Assembly: GCA_038845265.1 (NCBI GenBank)
Contig: JAWBQR010000006.1
Span: 1-64,000 of the forward strand
From: Nitrososphaerota archaeon
GTDB taxonomy: Archaea > Thermoproteota > Nitrososphaeria_A > Caldarchaeales > Calditenuaceae
Direction of reading: 5' to 3'
DNA: 64,000 nt
In this document: positions 1 to 9,507 of the stretch, one piece after another
Layout of the letters: each line of letters begins with the position of its first letter
Numbering within the stretch: the stretch's first letter is position 1
Notes under the pieces: model-generated
What the model saw: the letters and a program-made list of their open reading frames with translations, nothing else
Told to the model about the DNA's origin: nothing
The model's database searches: none
Program-made: the position numbers and the translations under genes

Positions 1-1007
1 TAGGTCCGTCGGGTTGTGGAAAGACTACTACGCTTAAATGCATAGCTGGTCTTGAGAAGCCCACCTCTGGGAATATATACATTGACGATGAATTAGTAAA
101 CGAACTAGAACCATGGGAAAGAAATGTTCGTATGGTATTCCAATCATACGCTCTATATCCAAACATGAAGGCCTATGATATAATTGCTCTTCCCTTGAGG
201 GTTCAAAAAATGCCAGAAGAAGAAATTAAAAAAAGAGTAACTGAAATAGCAGAGATGGTAAGGATCAGACATGTACTTGATCATAAACCTGGAGAATTGT
301 CCGGAGGTGAAAGGCAAAGAGTTGCGATGGCCAGAGCACTTATCATGGAGGCCAAGTTATATTTACTAGATGAGCCCCTTACTAACTTAGACGCTAAACT
401 CAGAATAATGATGCGGAGCGAATTAAGGAGAATACTTAAAGAATTAAAGGTATCTGTTGTTTATTCGAGTCCGGATTGTCTAGAAGCCATGAGCATAGCC
501 GACAGAATTGCAGTCATGAACAATGGGCAAATCTTACAATTTGATAAACCTTCAGTCATATATAGTAATCCTAAAAACATATTTGTAGCAACTTTTGTTG
601 GCTATCCTCCAATGAATATAATCAAAAATTGCTCTCTTAAGATTGAAGGAGGTAAATCTATTATTAGAAATGATTCTGGGTGTATTGAATTTTTGTTTTC
701 TGATAGAAGTGTGAACGAGTTTAGAAATCTATCAGGTGACAAGTTTATTTTAGGTTTTAGACCAGAACATGTAGAGATATCAAAGATCTCTGGGCCTGGT
801 CCAAATATTGGAAAAGTAATTCTTATCGAAGAAGCACCTCCTGATTCCTACATCCACATAATGTTGCCAGATGAAACAGTAATTGTTGCGTCAACTCCTC
901 AAACGGAGTTGCATTGTAGTATAAATGAAATGGTCTCAATAAATGTCAGTAAGGAAAATGTTTATTTGTTTGATTCAAAAAATGGACAATTAATATCTTT
1001 GGATTAA
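1..1007 (+). CDS. Carbohydrate ABC transporter ATP-binding subunit (MalK/UgpC family), 5'-truncated by window edge
   Basis: Frame is open from position 3 (GPSGCGKTT Walker A). Also has the LSGGERQRVA signature, LLDEP Walker B and a C-terminal TOBE-like region (GFRPEH). Confidence 0.93.
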   Translation, partial: GPSGCGKTTTLKCIAGLEKPTSGNIYIDDELVNELEPWERNVRMVFQSYALYPNMKAYDIIALPLRVQKMPEEEIKKRVTEIAEMVRIRHVLDHKPGELSGGERQRVAMARALIMEAKLYLLDEPLTNLDAKLRIMMRSELRRILKELKVSVVYSSPDCLEAMSIADRIAVMNNGQILQFDKPSVIYSNPKNIFVATFVGYPPMNIIKNCSLKIEGGKSIIRNDSGCIEFLFSDRSVNEFRNLSGDKFILGFRPEHVEISKISGPGPNIGKVILIEEAPPDSYIHIMLPDETVIVASTPQTELHCSINEMVSINVSKENVYLFDSKNGQLISLD

Positions 1008-1069
1008 CCTTGATGTAGTGATTTCTGAAAAGATAAAAGTTTATTAGTTAGTAATTTTAATCTCTTGCT

Positions 1070-2668
1070 ATGACCTCTAGTACTAAAACTTCTTCTCGAA
1101 GGGATATTCTCAAATATTTGGTCTCTGGAATCGTCGGAATTGGAGTAGGCTACGCAGCAGGTGTTCTGACGAGGACTCCTGAGATCAAATATATTACTAC
1201 TACACAGACAACTACTATTACTCGTACTGAGACGGTCGGTCAGACAGTTGTTACAACGCCTGCTGCTGCGTGGTCTCTCAGGGAGGCTGCTAGGCCTTAC
1301 AGGGGTGCATCAATAAGAATTATTGGTGAGTTTCTACCTCCATTGGAGGCAGTTGCAAAGCTAAAAGATCAGTTTGAAGACGAGACGGGTATTAATGTAG
1401 AAGTTGAGATGTATGAACATACAGAAGTTGTTCAAAAAGTAACCTTTGACCTGTCATCTGGAGCAGGTATCTATGATGTAATATTGAACCCCCACCGCGA
1501 AATTGGAAAATTAGCGGAAAATGGCTGGCTTGTACCATTGAGAAGATATATCGCTAATCCGGCTCTGACGCCTCCGGGTTTTGATCCTTATAATGAGTTT
1601 TGGAAGGGTGTTACCTCTACGTTTAGGGGCCTGAAGCTTACTAAAGGGATATTTGGCGAGATCTGTGATTATAGGGGTGAAATATATGGATTGCCTGACA
1701 AGACCATTACTAGGCATCTTTGGTATAGAAAGGATTTATGGGAAGATCCCGAACATCGAAAGAATGTAAAGGATCGATATGGATTTGATATACCAAGTCC
1801 ATGGGATTTGACTACGGATCAATACATGAAATTGGCAGAATATTTCACTAAGCCGGGATCTGCGTTCCCACAAGTAGAATATGGTACATGTATTGAGGGT
1901 AAGAGACATCCCGCGCTCTGGTATTCATATCTTGACTGGCTACACGTTTATGGCGGACAGGTAATAGATCAAGCGAGCGGAGACGAGTACGGAAAAGTAG
2001 TAATAAATGAGAACGAAGGTGTAGAGGCTCTGCAATATATGGTGGATCTACTTCCTTATTGTCCGCCTGGAACTCTTTCATACTTCTGGGATGATGCAAT
2101 GGCCGCTATGCAGCAAGGTTTGGTTTCACATACTATAATGTGGAATGACGCAACCTTCGCATACGTTGACCCTTCAGTCTCAAAAGTTGCAGCTGAATTA
2201 GGAGCTCGCAAGGCATGTGGATTCGGACCATTACCTCTTCATCCGGAGAAAAAGCTTAAGGTTTTCGAAGTAGAGGGCTGGTTTGCTGGAATTCCTCATT
2301 CATCGAGAAATAAAGAGGCTGCGTGGTTGTTTATGGTTTGGATGACGTCGCCGATGGTGGAGCTTGAAAAGCATTTGAAGGGTGGAGCTACTGGGAGACC
2401 GGACGTGGCAAAGAGGATAGTTGAGGAGTTTGAGAAGCTAGAAGCAGAAGGAAGAATGATTCCAGGAGTTGAGCTATATACAGAAGTGGCATACCGTCTC
2501 TATACAACTTATCAGTATATTCCTAAACCCACTTTCCCGGAGCAAGAAACAATAGTGGAGATTATAATCGAGGCTGTGTCTAAGGCGTTGATGAAGGAAA
2601 TGACTCCTAAGGATGCTCTTGACTGGGCGGCTGAGCAGATGAAGGAAAAGATTCCTAAGCTATCCTGA
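1070..2668 (+). CDS. Sugar ABC transporter substrate-binding protein with twin-arginine signal, TM anchor and Thr-rich linker
   Basis: SRRDILK Tat motif, hydrophobic helix, TTTQTTTITRTETV linker, then a family-1 SBP pattern (FEDETGINVEVE, LWYRKDLW, NKEAAWLFM). Confidence 0.88.
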   Translation: MTSSTKTSSRRDILKYLVSGIVGIGVGYAAGVLTRTPEIKYITTTQTTTITRTETVGQTVVTTPAAAWSLREAARPYRGASIRIIGEFLPPLEAVAKLKDQFEDETGINVEVEMYEHTEVVQKVTFDLSSGAGIYDVILNPHREIGKLAENGWLVPLRRYIANPALTPPGFDPYNEFWKGVTSTFRGLKLTKGIFGEICDYRGEIYGLPDKTITRHLWYRKDLWEDPEHRKNVKDRYGFDIPSPWDLTTDQYMKLAEYFTKPGSAFPQVEYGTCIEGKRHPALWYSYLDWLHVYGGQVIDQASGDEYGKVVINENEGVEALQYMVDLLPYCPPGTLSYFWDDAMAAMQQGLVSHTIMWNDATFAYVDPSVSKVAAELGARKACGFGPLPLHPEKKLKVFEVEGWFAGIPHSSRNKEAAWLFMVWMTSPMVELEKHLKGGATGRPDVAKRIVEEFEKLEAEGRMIPGVELYTEVAYRLYTTYQYIPKPTFPEQETIVEIIIEAVSKALMKEMTPKDALDWAAEQMKEKIPKLS

Positions 2669-2754
2669 TATTGAGATAGAGCAAAAACAATAAATATTTT
2701 TGATGATATTGTCTCTTAATATTTTTATTTAGCCTTGTATGCTTCGTTATCTAA

Positions 2755-3307
2755 ATGTCTCTTCTTTCTCTGCTGATTGCTCTGGGATTGGCTATGGATT
2801 GTTTCTCTGCTGCGGTTGGTCTGAGCGTTTTTTGTAGGAAGTCTGATTATTCGTCTGGGTTTAGGGTGGCGTCTTCTTTTGGTTTCTTTCAGTCTGCGAT
2901 GCTTGTTGTTGGTTGGGTTGGTGGTGGTGTCTTGGCTGATTTCGTTTCTGAGGTCGATCATTGGGTGGCTTTCATCATGCTTTCTGTGGCTGGGCTTCAT
3001 ATGATTTTTGAGTCTGGTAGATTTATGGATGGCCAAGTATTCGTGTTGAGTTTTTCTATGTTGTTATGGTTATCTGTTGCTACGAGTATCGATGCGTTGG
3101 CAGTCGGTATTGGGGGTTCCATTCATGGGCATTGATGTGCTTCAGGTCTCTGTGTATGCAGGTGTCTCGGCCTTTGTTTTCACGCTTGCTGGGCACTGGC
3201 TAGGGGCTAGAATCGGAAGACTTGCTGGCAGGTGGGCAGAAGCAATGGGGGGCGCCATGCTGATACTGCTGGGAATAAAGATACTGCTCGATCATCTATA
3301 CGTGTGA
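2755..3307 (+). pseudogene. mntP: Manganese efflux pump MntP family, split by +1 frameshift in G5 run (3112-3116); real lesion or sequencing error
   Basis: ALGLAMDCFS and ATSIDALAVG motifs in ORF 2755-3135. The C-terminal half (…GRWAEAMGGAMLILLGIKIL) is in ORF 3077-3307. Removing one G gives AVGIGVPFMG. Confidence 0.8.
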
Positions 3308-3390
3308 GTGTTTTAATTCCTGCCTTGCATACTGAGAGATGCATTAGTAAAGAATATTAGACAGTTGAAGCGTCGGTCTTATGGCTGGAT

Positions 3391-4290
3391 TTGCCTCTTC
3401 GACTTGGTTTTAGGGTAAGTCTTCTCTTTATTGCTTTTATATGTATTGGGCTTGTTGCATCACTTTTTTATCTTTATAATCCTTATCCTCCAGAAGCCAC
3501 GTCCAGCACTTACACTTCGATCGCCACTTCTGAGATGATGCTTGTTGACCCGTCGTTAATTAATTTTGAATTAGAGATTGAGAACGCGGAGGGAGTGAAG
3601 GAGTTTAGAGATGTCGCATTGATGAATGTGGAGAAGATTGATTCCTTCCTCTTTAGGCCGGTCGACGTGAGGGTCGATGGCTTATCATCAGTCATTCTGA
3701 GTGGTAGGGTGATGCTTGAGTCTCATAACAATTCTTATACCGTCAATATGCCATGCATTCATTTTCTCAATGTTTCATGTCCGAGGGTCACTATGATTAT
3801 TCCTGGATATGATGCTCCCATGACGGTTAAGCCTGGAAGATACTTCCTATCGGTAGAGTTTTCCTGGAGTGAGGCTACTGGTCATGGACGGATCTATTTA
3901 TCATTGGCTCCAAGGGCCTATGATGTATCCATTATCTATTTAGGCTCGTTATCTCCTGACGATACAACGGGCTGGATTACCGCGGAGGGGTCAACTAGGT
4001 CCTACGCGTTGCAAGTAGACAGGACGAGGACGGCGGCCGGAGGCTCTGGCTATGGCGAGTTCACCGTGTATGCATGGGTCTTTGAATCGGCTGGAGAAGA
4101 GTACAAGAAGTTTAGGTTTGAATTAACATCCTTGAGGACTGGAGAGACGGAGGCTGTGATGGACGTTACAGTCGAGAGGCATGGCCCATACTATCCCGCG
4201 TTACTCTTAGTAAAGGCTAGGCCTGGTGAGTATCTCCTAAGAATTACTAGGCCCGTCGATCTCTCCATAAAACTCCAAGTAGAGGATTAG
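3391..4290 (+). CDS. Hypothetical membrane-anchored extracellular protein (beta-rich)
   Basis: 299-aa ORF with N-terminal TM helix, S/T linker and a Cys pair (PCIHFLNVSCP). No family recognised. Confidence 0.65.
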   Translation: MPLRLGFRVSLLFIAFICIGLVASLFYLYNPYPPEATSSTYTSIATSEMMLVDPSLINFELEIENAEGVKEFRDVALMNVEKIDSFLFRPVDVRVDGLSSVILSGRVMLESHNNSYTVNMPCIHFLNVSCPRVTMIIPGYDAPMTVKPGRYFLSVEFSWSEATGHGRIYLSLAPRAYDVSIIYLGSLSPDDTTGWITAEGSTRSYALQVDRTRTAAGGSGYGEFTVYAWVFESAGEEYKKFRFELTSLRTGETEAVMDVTVERHGPYYPALLLVKARPGEYLLRITRPVDLSIKLQVED

Positions 4291-4392
4291 TCCCATAATT
4301 CAGCAGCCACTTCATGATCAGTTTTACTGTCTTGTGCTCATTTTTTAGTCGTGGATAAGGATAAATATGTTGGCGCGTGAATAGTTTCTTGG

Positions 4393-5487
4393 ATGAGTCT
4401 CCGCCTCACGGCCGATTTCTTGGCGAAGTATCCATTCACGAGTGTGGCTCGTGGAATTGTAGCCTCTTGGGGCGTGAGGGTAGAGGAGCTGGGCGAGGCG
4501 CGGCACAGGAAGGACGTCGAGAGAGCATTATTCAGGATAAGAGAGGCACTTGAGAGGGGAGAGGCCGCGGAGATCGGCTTGCATGATGATCCAGAAGTAG
4601 ACGTGATAAGCTTTCCGATTGCGTTGATGATAGTATCCTCGGTTGGGGATGGTTGGCTCTCGAGGCGGTGGGCCCTCGCAGAGGCAGTGAGGTGTGAATC
4701 CTTCATATCTACTGAGGACGCATCAATCGTCATCGAGCTATTAAGAGAGCTGGACATAAGTGTCGAGAAGACGGACGAGAGGGAGAAGGAGCTTTCTGGT
4801 TTCTGCGACTTCAAGGTGAGAATCAGGGATTATCTCATCCATGCTTCTAGGATAGATGCACTTGAGTGGAAGCTTGTAAATAGAGTGGTGAGAAATGGCT
4901 GGGTATATGTTTCTCAGAGGGACCTCGCCAGGCTTGCCAGGGAGGCAATCATTAAGAGAATACTGGAGAGGCTAGCTGATGTTAAGCTATCTTCGGTTCC
5001 AGATTTCCTAAAGACACACATCGAGGAGATTAGGTCTAGGCTGGCCTCTAGGAGAGGATACGAGGAGGCAGTGGTTTCAAGCTCTGAGGAAAACTGGCCG
5101 CCATGCATGAAGGCTCTTAAATCTGCTTTGATAGGTGGACAGAACGTTGGACACTTCGGCAACTTTGCCTTCGCGTCGTTTCTCTTCAACATTGGCTACA
5201 CTGTCGAGTCAGTAATCTCGATGTATGCGCAGCGCAGCGACTTTGACGAGAGGCTGGCCAGGTATCAGGCCGAACACATAGCCGGCATGAAGGGAAGCAG
5301 AACAAAATACACTACGCCCTCATGCACCACGATGAGGACGCATGGGCTATGCATCGAGGACGGGAGACTCTGTCCAGGAATAAAGAATCCACTCCAATAC
5401 TACAAGAGGGCAGCTAGGAAGACAGCGAGAAGTAGCAGCGAAGTGAAGCAGACTAGCAGTACAGAAGAAGAATCAAAAAGTGAGTGA
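4393..5487 (+). CDS. priL: DNA primase large subunit
   Basis: FLAKYPF N-terminus, WKLVNRVVRNGWVYV, and Fe-S ligands WPPCM, YTTPSC, LCIEDGRLC...KNPLQYY. Confidence 0.93.
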   Translation: MSLRLTADFLAKYPFTSVARGIVASWGVRVEELGEARHRKDVERALFRIREALERGEAAEIGLHDDPEVDVISFPIALMIVSSVGDGWLSRRWALAEAVRCESFISTEDASIVIELLRELDISVEKTDEREKELSGFCDFKVRIRDYLIHASRIDALEWKLVNRVVRNGWVYVSQRDLARLAREAIIKRILERLADVKLSSVPDFLKTHIEEIRSRLASRRGYEEAVVSSSEENWPPCMKALKSALIGGQNVGHFGNFAFASFLFNIGYTVESVISMYAQRSDFDERLARYQAEHIAGMKGSRTKYTTPSCTTMRTHGLCIEDGRLCPGIKNPLQYYKRAARKTARSSSEVKQTSSTEEESKSE

Positions 5488-5520
5488 TTTAATAATGCCG
5501 GCCCCAGGCCCCAACGACCA

Positions 5521-6798
5521 TTAGGGAGGCCTGATAACGGTTTTTCCACGCATGTATGGATGCAGCACTTCTGGGATCTCGATTGTTCCGTCACGTCTTT
5601 GATAGTTCTCAATTATTGCGACGATTGTCCTCTCAGTCGCTATTGCTGTGCTGTTGAGTGTGTGGACGAATCTTGTCTCCTCTATGTGTGGCGCCTCTCT
5701 GTATCTGATGTTCAGCCTCCTAGCCTGATAGTCAGTACAGTTGCTGCATGAGACTACCTCTCTGTACCTCTCCTGCGCCGGCATCCAGACCTCAAGGTCG
5801 TACTTCTTTGCAGCAATCGGTCCAAGCTCGCCTATACAGATATTGACGACCCTGTATGGCAGCCCCAGCCCGCGGTAAATCTCTTCTGCATTCCTTATCA
5901 GTAATTCATGCTCGTTCCAGGACTGCTCGGGCTTGCAGAAGACGAATTGTTCAACCTTCTCGAACTGGTGAACCCTGAAGATTCCCTTCGTGTCCTTCCC
6001 ATGCGCTCCGGCCTCCTTCCTGAAGCATGGACTGACTCCTGCATATCTCAGAGGGAGCATTCTTCCATCGAGGATCGAGTCTACATGGAGCCCAGCTATG
6101 GGGTGCTCAGCCGTACCTATCAAGTATAGGTCCTCGCCCTCAATCTTGTAGATCATTGACTCAAAATCTTCGAGAGAGATCACTCCCTCCATGATCTCTC
6201 TCCTAAGCATGTATGGTGGCTGAACGAGTCTGAATCCTCTCGATGAGAGGAAGTCCAATGCATAGTTTATCAAGGCATAGTTGAGGAGGACTATGTCCTC
6301 GAAGATATAGTAGAACCTCGCCCCAGCCACTTTGCCGGCCGCCTCGACGTCGAGAAGCCCCATCCCCATCAATATGTCTACGTGGTCCTTCATCCAATCC
6401 TCCTTCAACGGTCTTCCCCAAGTCCTCAATACGACGTTATTCTCCTCGCCCTCTCCTTCAGGCACAGATTCGTGTGGAATATTTGGAAGCTTAAAAAGGG
6501 TGGAGCGAAGCTCCGTCTCGACCTCTTCAAGTCTAGTCTCTAAATGCTCGATCTCTCGGCTGATCTCTGCAACGCTTCTCATCATTCCTGAAGTGTCGAT
6601 GCCGGATTTCTTCGCCCTCCCTATCTCCTCTGCTAGCTCGTTCCTCCGATGCCTGAGTTCCTGGACACGTGTAATTAGGCTCCTCCGCTCCTCGTCCATC
6701 GCTATACATCTATCGACGATCGATGGATCTATCCCTCTCCTTCTTAATCCATGCCTAAAAATATCCGGGTTTTGACGCATCAGTTTTATATCGAGCAT
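5521..6798 (-). CDS. serS: Seryl-tRNA synthetase (standard type)
   Basis: MLDIKLMR start, coiled-coil arm, GTAEHP, FRKEAGAHGKDTKGIFRVHQFEKVEQF, EVVSCSNCTDYQARRL, HTLNST. Confidence 0.97.
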   Translation of the reverse strand: MLDIKLMRQNPDIFRHGLRRRGIDPSIVDRCIAMDEERRSLITRVQELRHRRNELAEEIGRAKKSGIDTSGMMRSVAEISREIEHLETRLEEVETELRSTLFKLPNIPHESVPEGEGEENNVVLRTWGRPLKEDWMKDHVDILMGMGLLDVEAAGKVAGARFYYIFEDIVLLNYALINYALDFLSSRGFRLVQPPYMLRREIMEGVISLEDFESMIYKIEGEDLYLIGTAEHPIAGLHVDSILDGRMLPLRYAGVSPCFRKEAGAHGKDTKGIFRVHQFEKVEQFVFCKPEQSWNEHELLIRNAEEIYRGLGLPYRVVNICIGELGPIAAKKYDLEVWMPAQERYREVVSCSNCTDYQARRLNIRYREAPHIEETRFVHTLNSTAIATERTIVAIIENYQRRDGTIEIPEVLHPYMRGKTVIRPP

Positions 6799-6811
6799 GT
6801 CTTGTCAATCT

Positions 6812-8164
6812 TTACCTTATCTTTATGTATTGGTATGCCTCCGTCTGACTCGTAAAGGCATACTTAACCGTTCTGAACTGCTTCTTAAACTCAGCTACGT
6901 CCTTCGCGACTTTTTCAGGCTCTTCTCCCTTCACGATAACTCTCGCTATGAATTCTGCAATTATGTCCATCTCGTCTTTTCCCATTCCTAGCCTAGTAAC
7001 TTCCTGAGAGCCAAGCCTAATCCCGCTCGGGTTTCTATAATCTGTCTTAAGCTTGTAGTCCTTCGGTATGAGGTTCCTGTTCAGAACTATTCCCGCTCTC
7101 TCAAGTTTGTCCTCCGCCTCCCTGCCACCCATATACCTACTCACATCGACAAGAACTATGTGAGACTCAGTGAATCCGAGGTCTGGATATAGAACCTCGA
7201 GTCCTCTCTCAGCCATCGACTCAGCGAGCTTCTTCGCATTCCTAACGACCTGCGGAGCATACTCATGATAAAACGCCAGTGCCTCAGCTAGAGCAATCGC
7301 AACGCCTGCCACTGCATGAAGGTGATGATTACTGAGAAGACCAGGAAAGAGCGCGGCCTTGAACTTCTCTGCATACTTATTCCAACTGACGATCATTCCA
7401 TGCTGCGGTCCGGCTAGCGTTTTATGAGTGCTCATAGTTACTGCATCTGCGCCTTCCCTTAAGGGGTCTTGGAAGACTCCTCCAGCTATTAGGCCCGCCA
7501 CATGTGCAGCATCGTAGACAACCTTAGCATCGTACTCAGCGGCTAAGTCCGCAATCTCCCTTACTGGATGTGGGAAAAGAAAGACACTTGCGCCAAGCAT
7601 GAATATTTTTGGCTTCTTCCCCTCCTCTTTTATTAGGTTCTCAACTCTCTTCCTGGTCCCGTCTACATCTATGTTAAACCTCTCCATATCAAACTCGTAT
7701 CTCTCTACTTGGAGTCCCCGCACGACTCCCGCGGTTCCTCCCCAAGACTTCTTGCCATGACTAATATGGCCTCCGAAGGGTATCGGCAAAGCATACATGA
7801 CGTCTCCAGGTTCGGCAAAGACTGTATAGGCCGCAAGGTTGGCTACAACGCCGGATATCGGTCTGAGGTCTGCATACTCGGCTTTGTAGACCTTCTTAGC
7901 AAGTTCTATCCCCAGGCTCTCGACCATGTCTATCCAGCGGCAGCCCGCGTAGAGTCTCTCGCCTGGATAACCCTCGGCGTATCTATTGCCAAAATCACTA
8001 ATCAATGCCTCCCTCACGGCCGGTGAGGGCACGTTCTCACTCGCTATGAGTGGAATGCTCTTCGAAAAGAATTCCTGATGCTCCTCAAGCCATGTTAGGA
8101 CCTTCCAAAAGGCCTCTTCCCCCTCTTTGAATGCTTGCTTACCTTCTTGGGAGACATCGACCAA
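6812..8164 (-). CDS. glyA: Serine hydroxymethyltransferase (archaeal type)
   Basis: LIASEN, RYAEGYPGERLYAG, YDAAHVAGLIAGG, STHKTLAGPQ (PLP lysine), SGIRLGS. Confidence 0.96.
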   Translation of the reverse strand: MVDVSQEGKQAFKEGEEAFWKVLTWLEEHQEFFSKSIPLIASENVPSPAVREALISDFGNRYAEGYPGERLYAGCRWIDMVESLGIELAKKVYKAEYADLRPISGVVANLAAYTVFAEPGDVMYALPIPFGGHISHGKKSWGGTAGVVRGLQVERYEFDMERFNIDVDGTRKRVENLIKEEGKKPKIFMLGASVFLFPHPVREIADLAAEYDAKVVYDAAHVAGLIAGGVFQDPLREGADAVTMSTHKTLAGPQHGMIVSWNKYAEKFKAALFPGLLSNHHLHAVAGVAIALAEALAFYHEYAPQVVRNAKKLAESMAERGLEVLYPDLGFTESHIVLVDVSRYMGGREAEDKLERAGIVLNRNLIPKDYKLKTDYRNPSGIRLGSQEVTRLGMGKDEMDIIAEFIARVIVKGEEPEKVAKDVAEFKKQFRTVKYAFTSQTEAYQYIKIR

Positions 8165-8271
8165 CCTATTTCCCCTCGCTAATACATCTAACTGACTGAG
8201 ATTTATCTATACAGCATGGATATGGAGCGGAAGGTATTTTATGGGTCTGCGACAATTATAAATGGTTAGGA

Positions 8272-9483
8272 TTGGTCAAGCTTGGGTTAATAGGTAAGAC
8301 CAATACTGGGAAGACGACGTTCTTCAATGCGGCTACGCTTCAGACCGCCGAGGTCTCGACATATCCATTCACGACTAAGCAGCCAAACTTTGGAGTAACG
8401 AACGTCATTACTCCATGCGTACACGTAGAGCTAGGCATAAAGTGTAATCCACGCAACTCGACGTGCATTGATGGCTGGAGACACATACCAATAGAGCTCA
8501 TCGACCTTCCCGGGCTGATCAAAGGAGCATGGGCTGGAAAGGGGCTTGGAAACCAATTCCTATCAGTCGCCGCCCAGTCAGATGCGCTTCTACACGTAGT
8601 CGATGCATCAGGAAGCGTAGACGAGGAGGGAAGACTAACAGAGCCTGGAACCGGCAACCCAATCGCCGACGTCTTCGACATCGAGGAGGAACTCGTCATG
8701 TGGCTGATGAAGATAATCGAGAGAAACCAAGACAGAATAATTAAGGCAATCAAGTCAGGCAAGTCCCTCGCCGAGGCCATCGCTGAGCCACTACTTGGAC
8801 TCAGGATAACGATCAACCATGTCGAGAAGGCGCTTAAGGACTCAGGCCTCGAGAAGAAGGACTTCGAGAACTGGAGCATGACTGACGATAGAAAGTTCGC
8901 CCAACTTCTCCGCGACATATCAAAGCCAACGATAATCATTGCCAATAAGATGGACATAGACGTAGCGCATAAATACTACACCGAGCTTGTCGAGAGATTC
9001 ACTGATAAGATCGTCGTGCCCTGCAGCGCGGAGGCAGAACTAATTTTGAGACGTGCGGAGCAGAAGGGGCTGATAAAATATATTCCCGGAGAAGAGTCTT
9101 TCCAGATAGTTGATAGGACAAGCCTGACCCAGCAGCAGTTGTGGGCGCTCGAGATGGTCAACGAGAGAATACTCTCAAAATATATGAGGACAGGGGTGCA
9201 GTTTGCGGTAAACGTCGCTGTCTTTAAGTTGCTTAGGATGAACGTCGTCTACCCGGTCTATGACGTGAAGACGTTTACTGATAGTAGGGGGAACGTCTTG
9301 CCTGACGCCATTCTGCTGCCTGCAGACTCGTCAGTCAGGGACCTCGCTGAAAGGATACATAAAGACCTCGCCAAGGGATTACTCTACGCCATCGATGCTA
9401 GGACCGGTCTCAGACTTCCAGCAGACTATAAACCCAAGGACCGCGACATTCTGAGGATACACTCAGCCATGTCTCACGGATAA
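8272..9483 (+). CDS. ychF: YchF/Ola1-family (Obg-like) NTPase
   Basis: GKTNTGKTT, YPFTT, DLPGL, GLGNQFL, ANKMD and a C-terminal TGS domain. Confidence 0.9.
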   Translation: MVKLGLIGKTNTGKTTFFNAATLQTAEVSTYPFTTKQPNFGVTNVITPCVHVELGIKCNPRNSTCIDGWRHIPIELIDLPGLIKGAWAGKGLGNQFLSVAAQSDALLHVVDASGSVDEEGRLTEPGTGNPIADVFDIEEELVMWLMKIIERNQDRIIKAIKSGKSLAEAIAEPLLGLRITINHVEKALKDSGLEKKDFENWSMTDDRKFAQLLRDISKPTIIIANKMDIDVAHKYYTELVERFTDKIVVPCSAEAELILRRAEQKGLIKYIPGEESFQIVDRTSLTQQQLWALEMVNERILSKYMRTGVQFAVNVAVFKLLRMNVVYPVYDVKTFTDSRGNVLPDAILLPADSSVRDLAERIHKDLAKGLLYAIDARTGLRLPADYKPKDRDILRIHSAMSHG

Positions 9484-9507
9484 AACAGTCCAAGAGAAAT
9501 CAGAGAT

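Noticed and set aside
5488-5520. GC-rich 33-bp spacer between convergent priL and serS
   Set aside because: Too short, with no convincing hairpin or box motifs.
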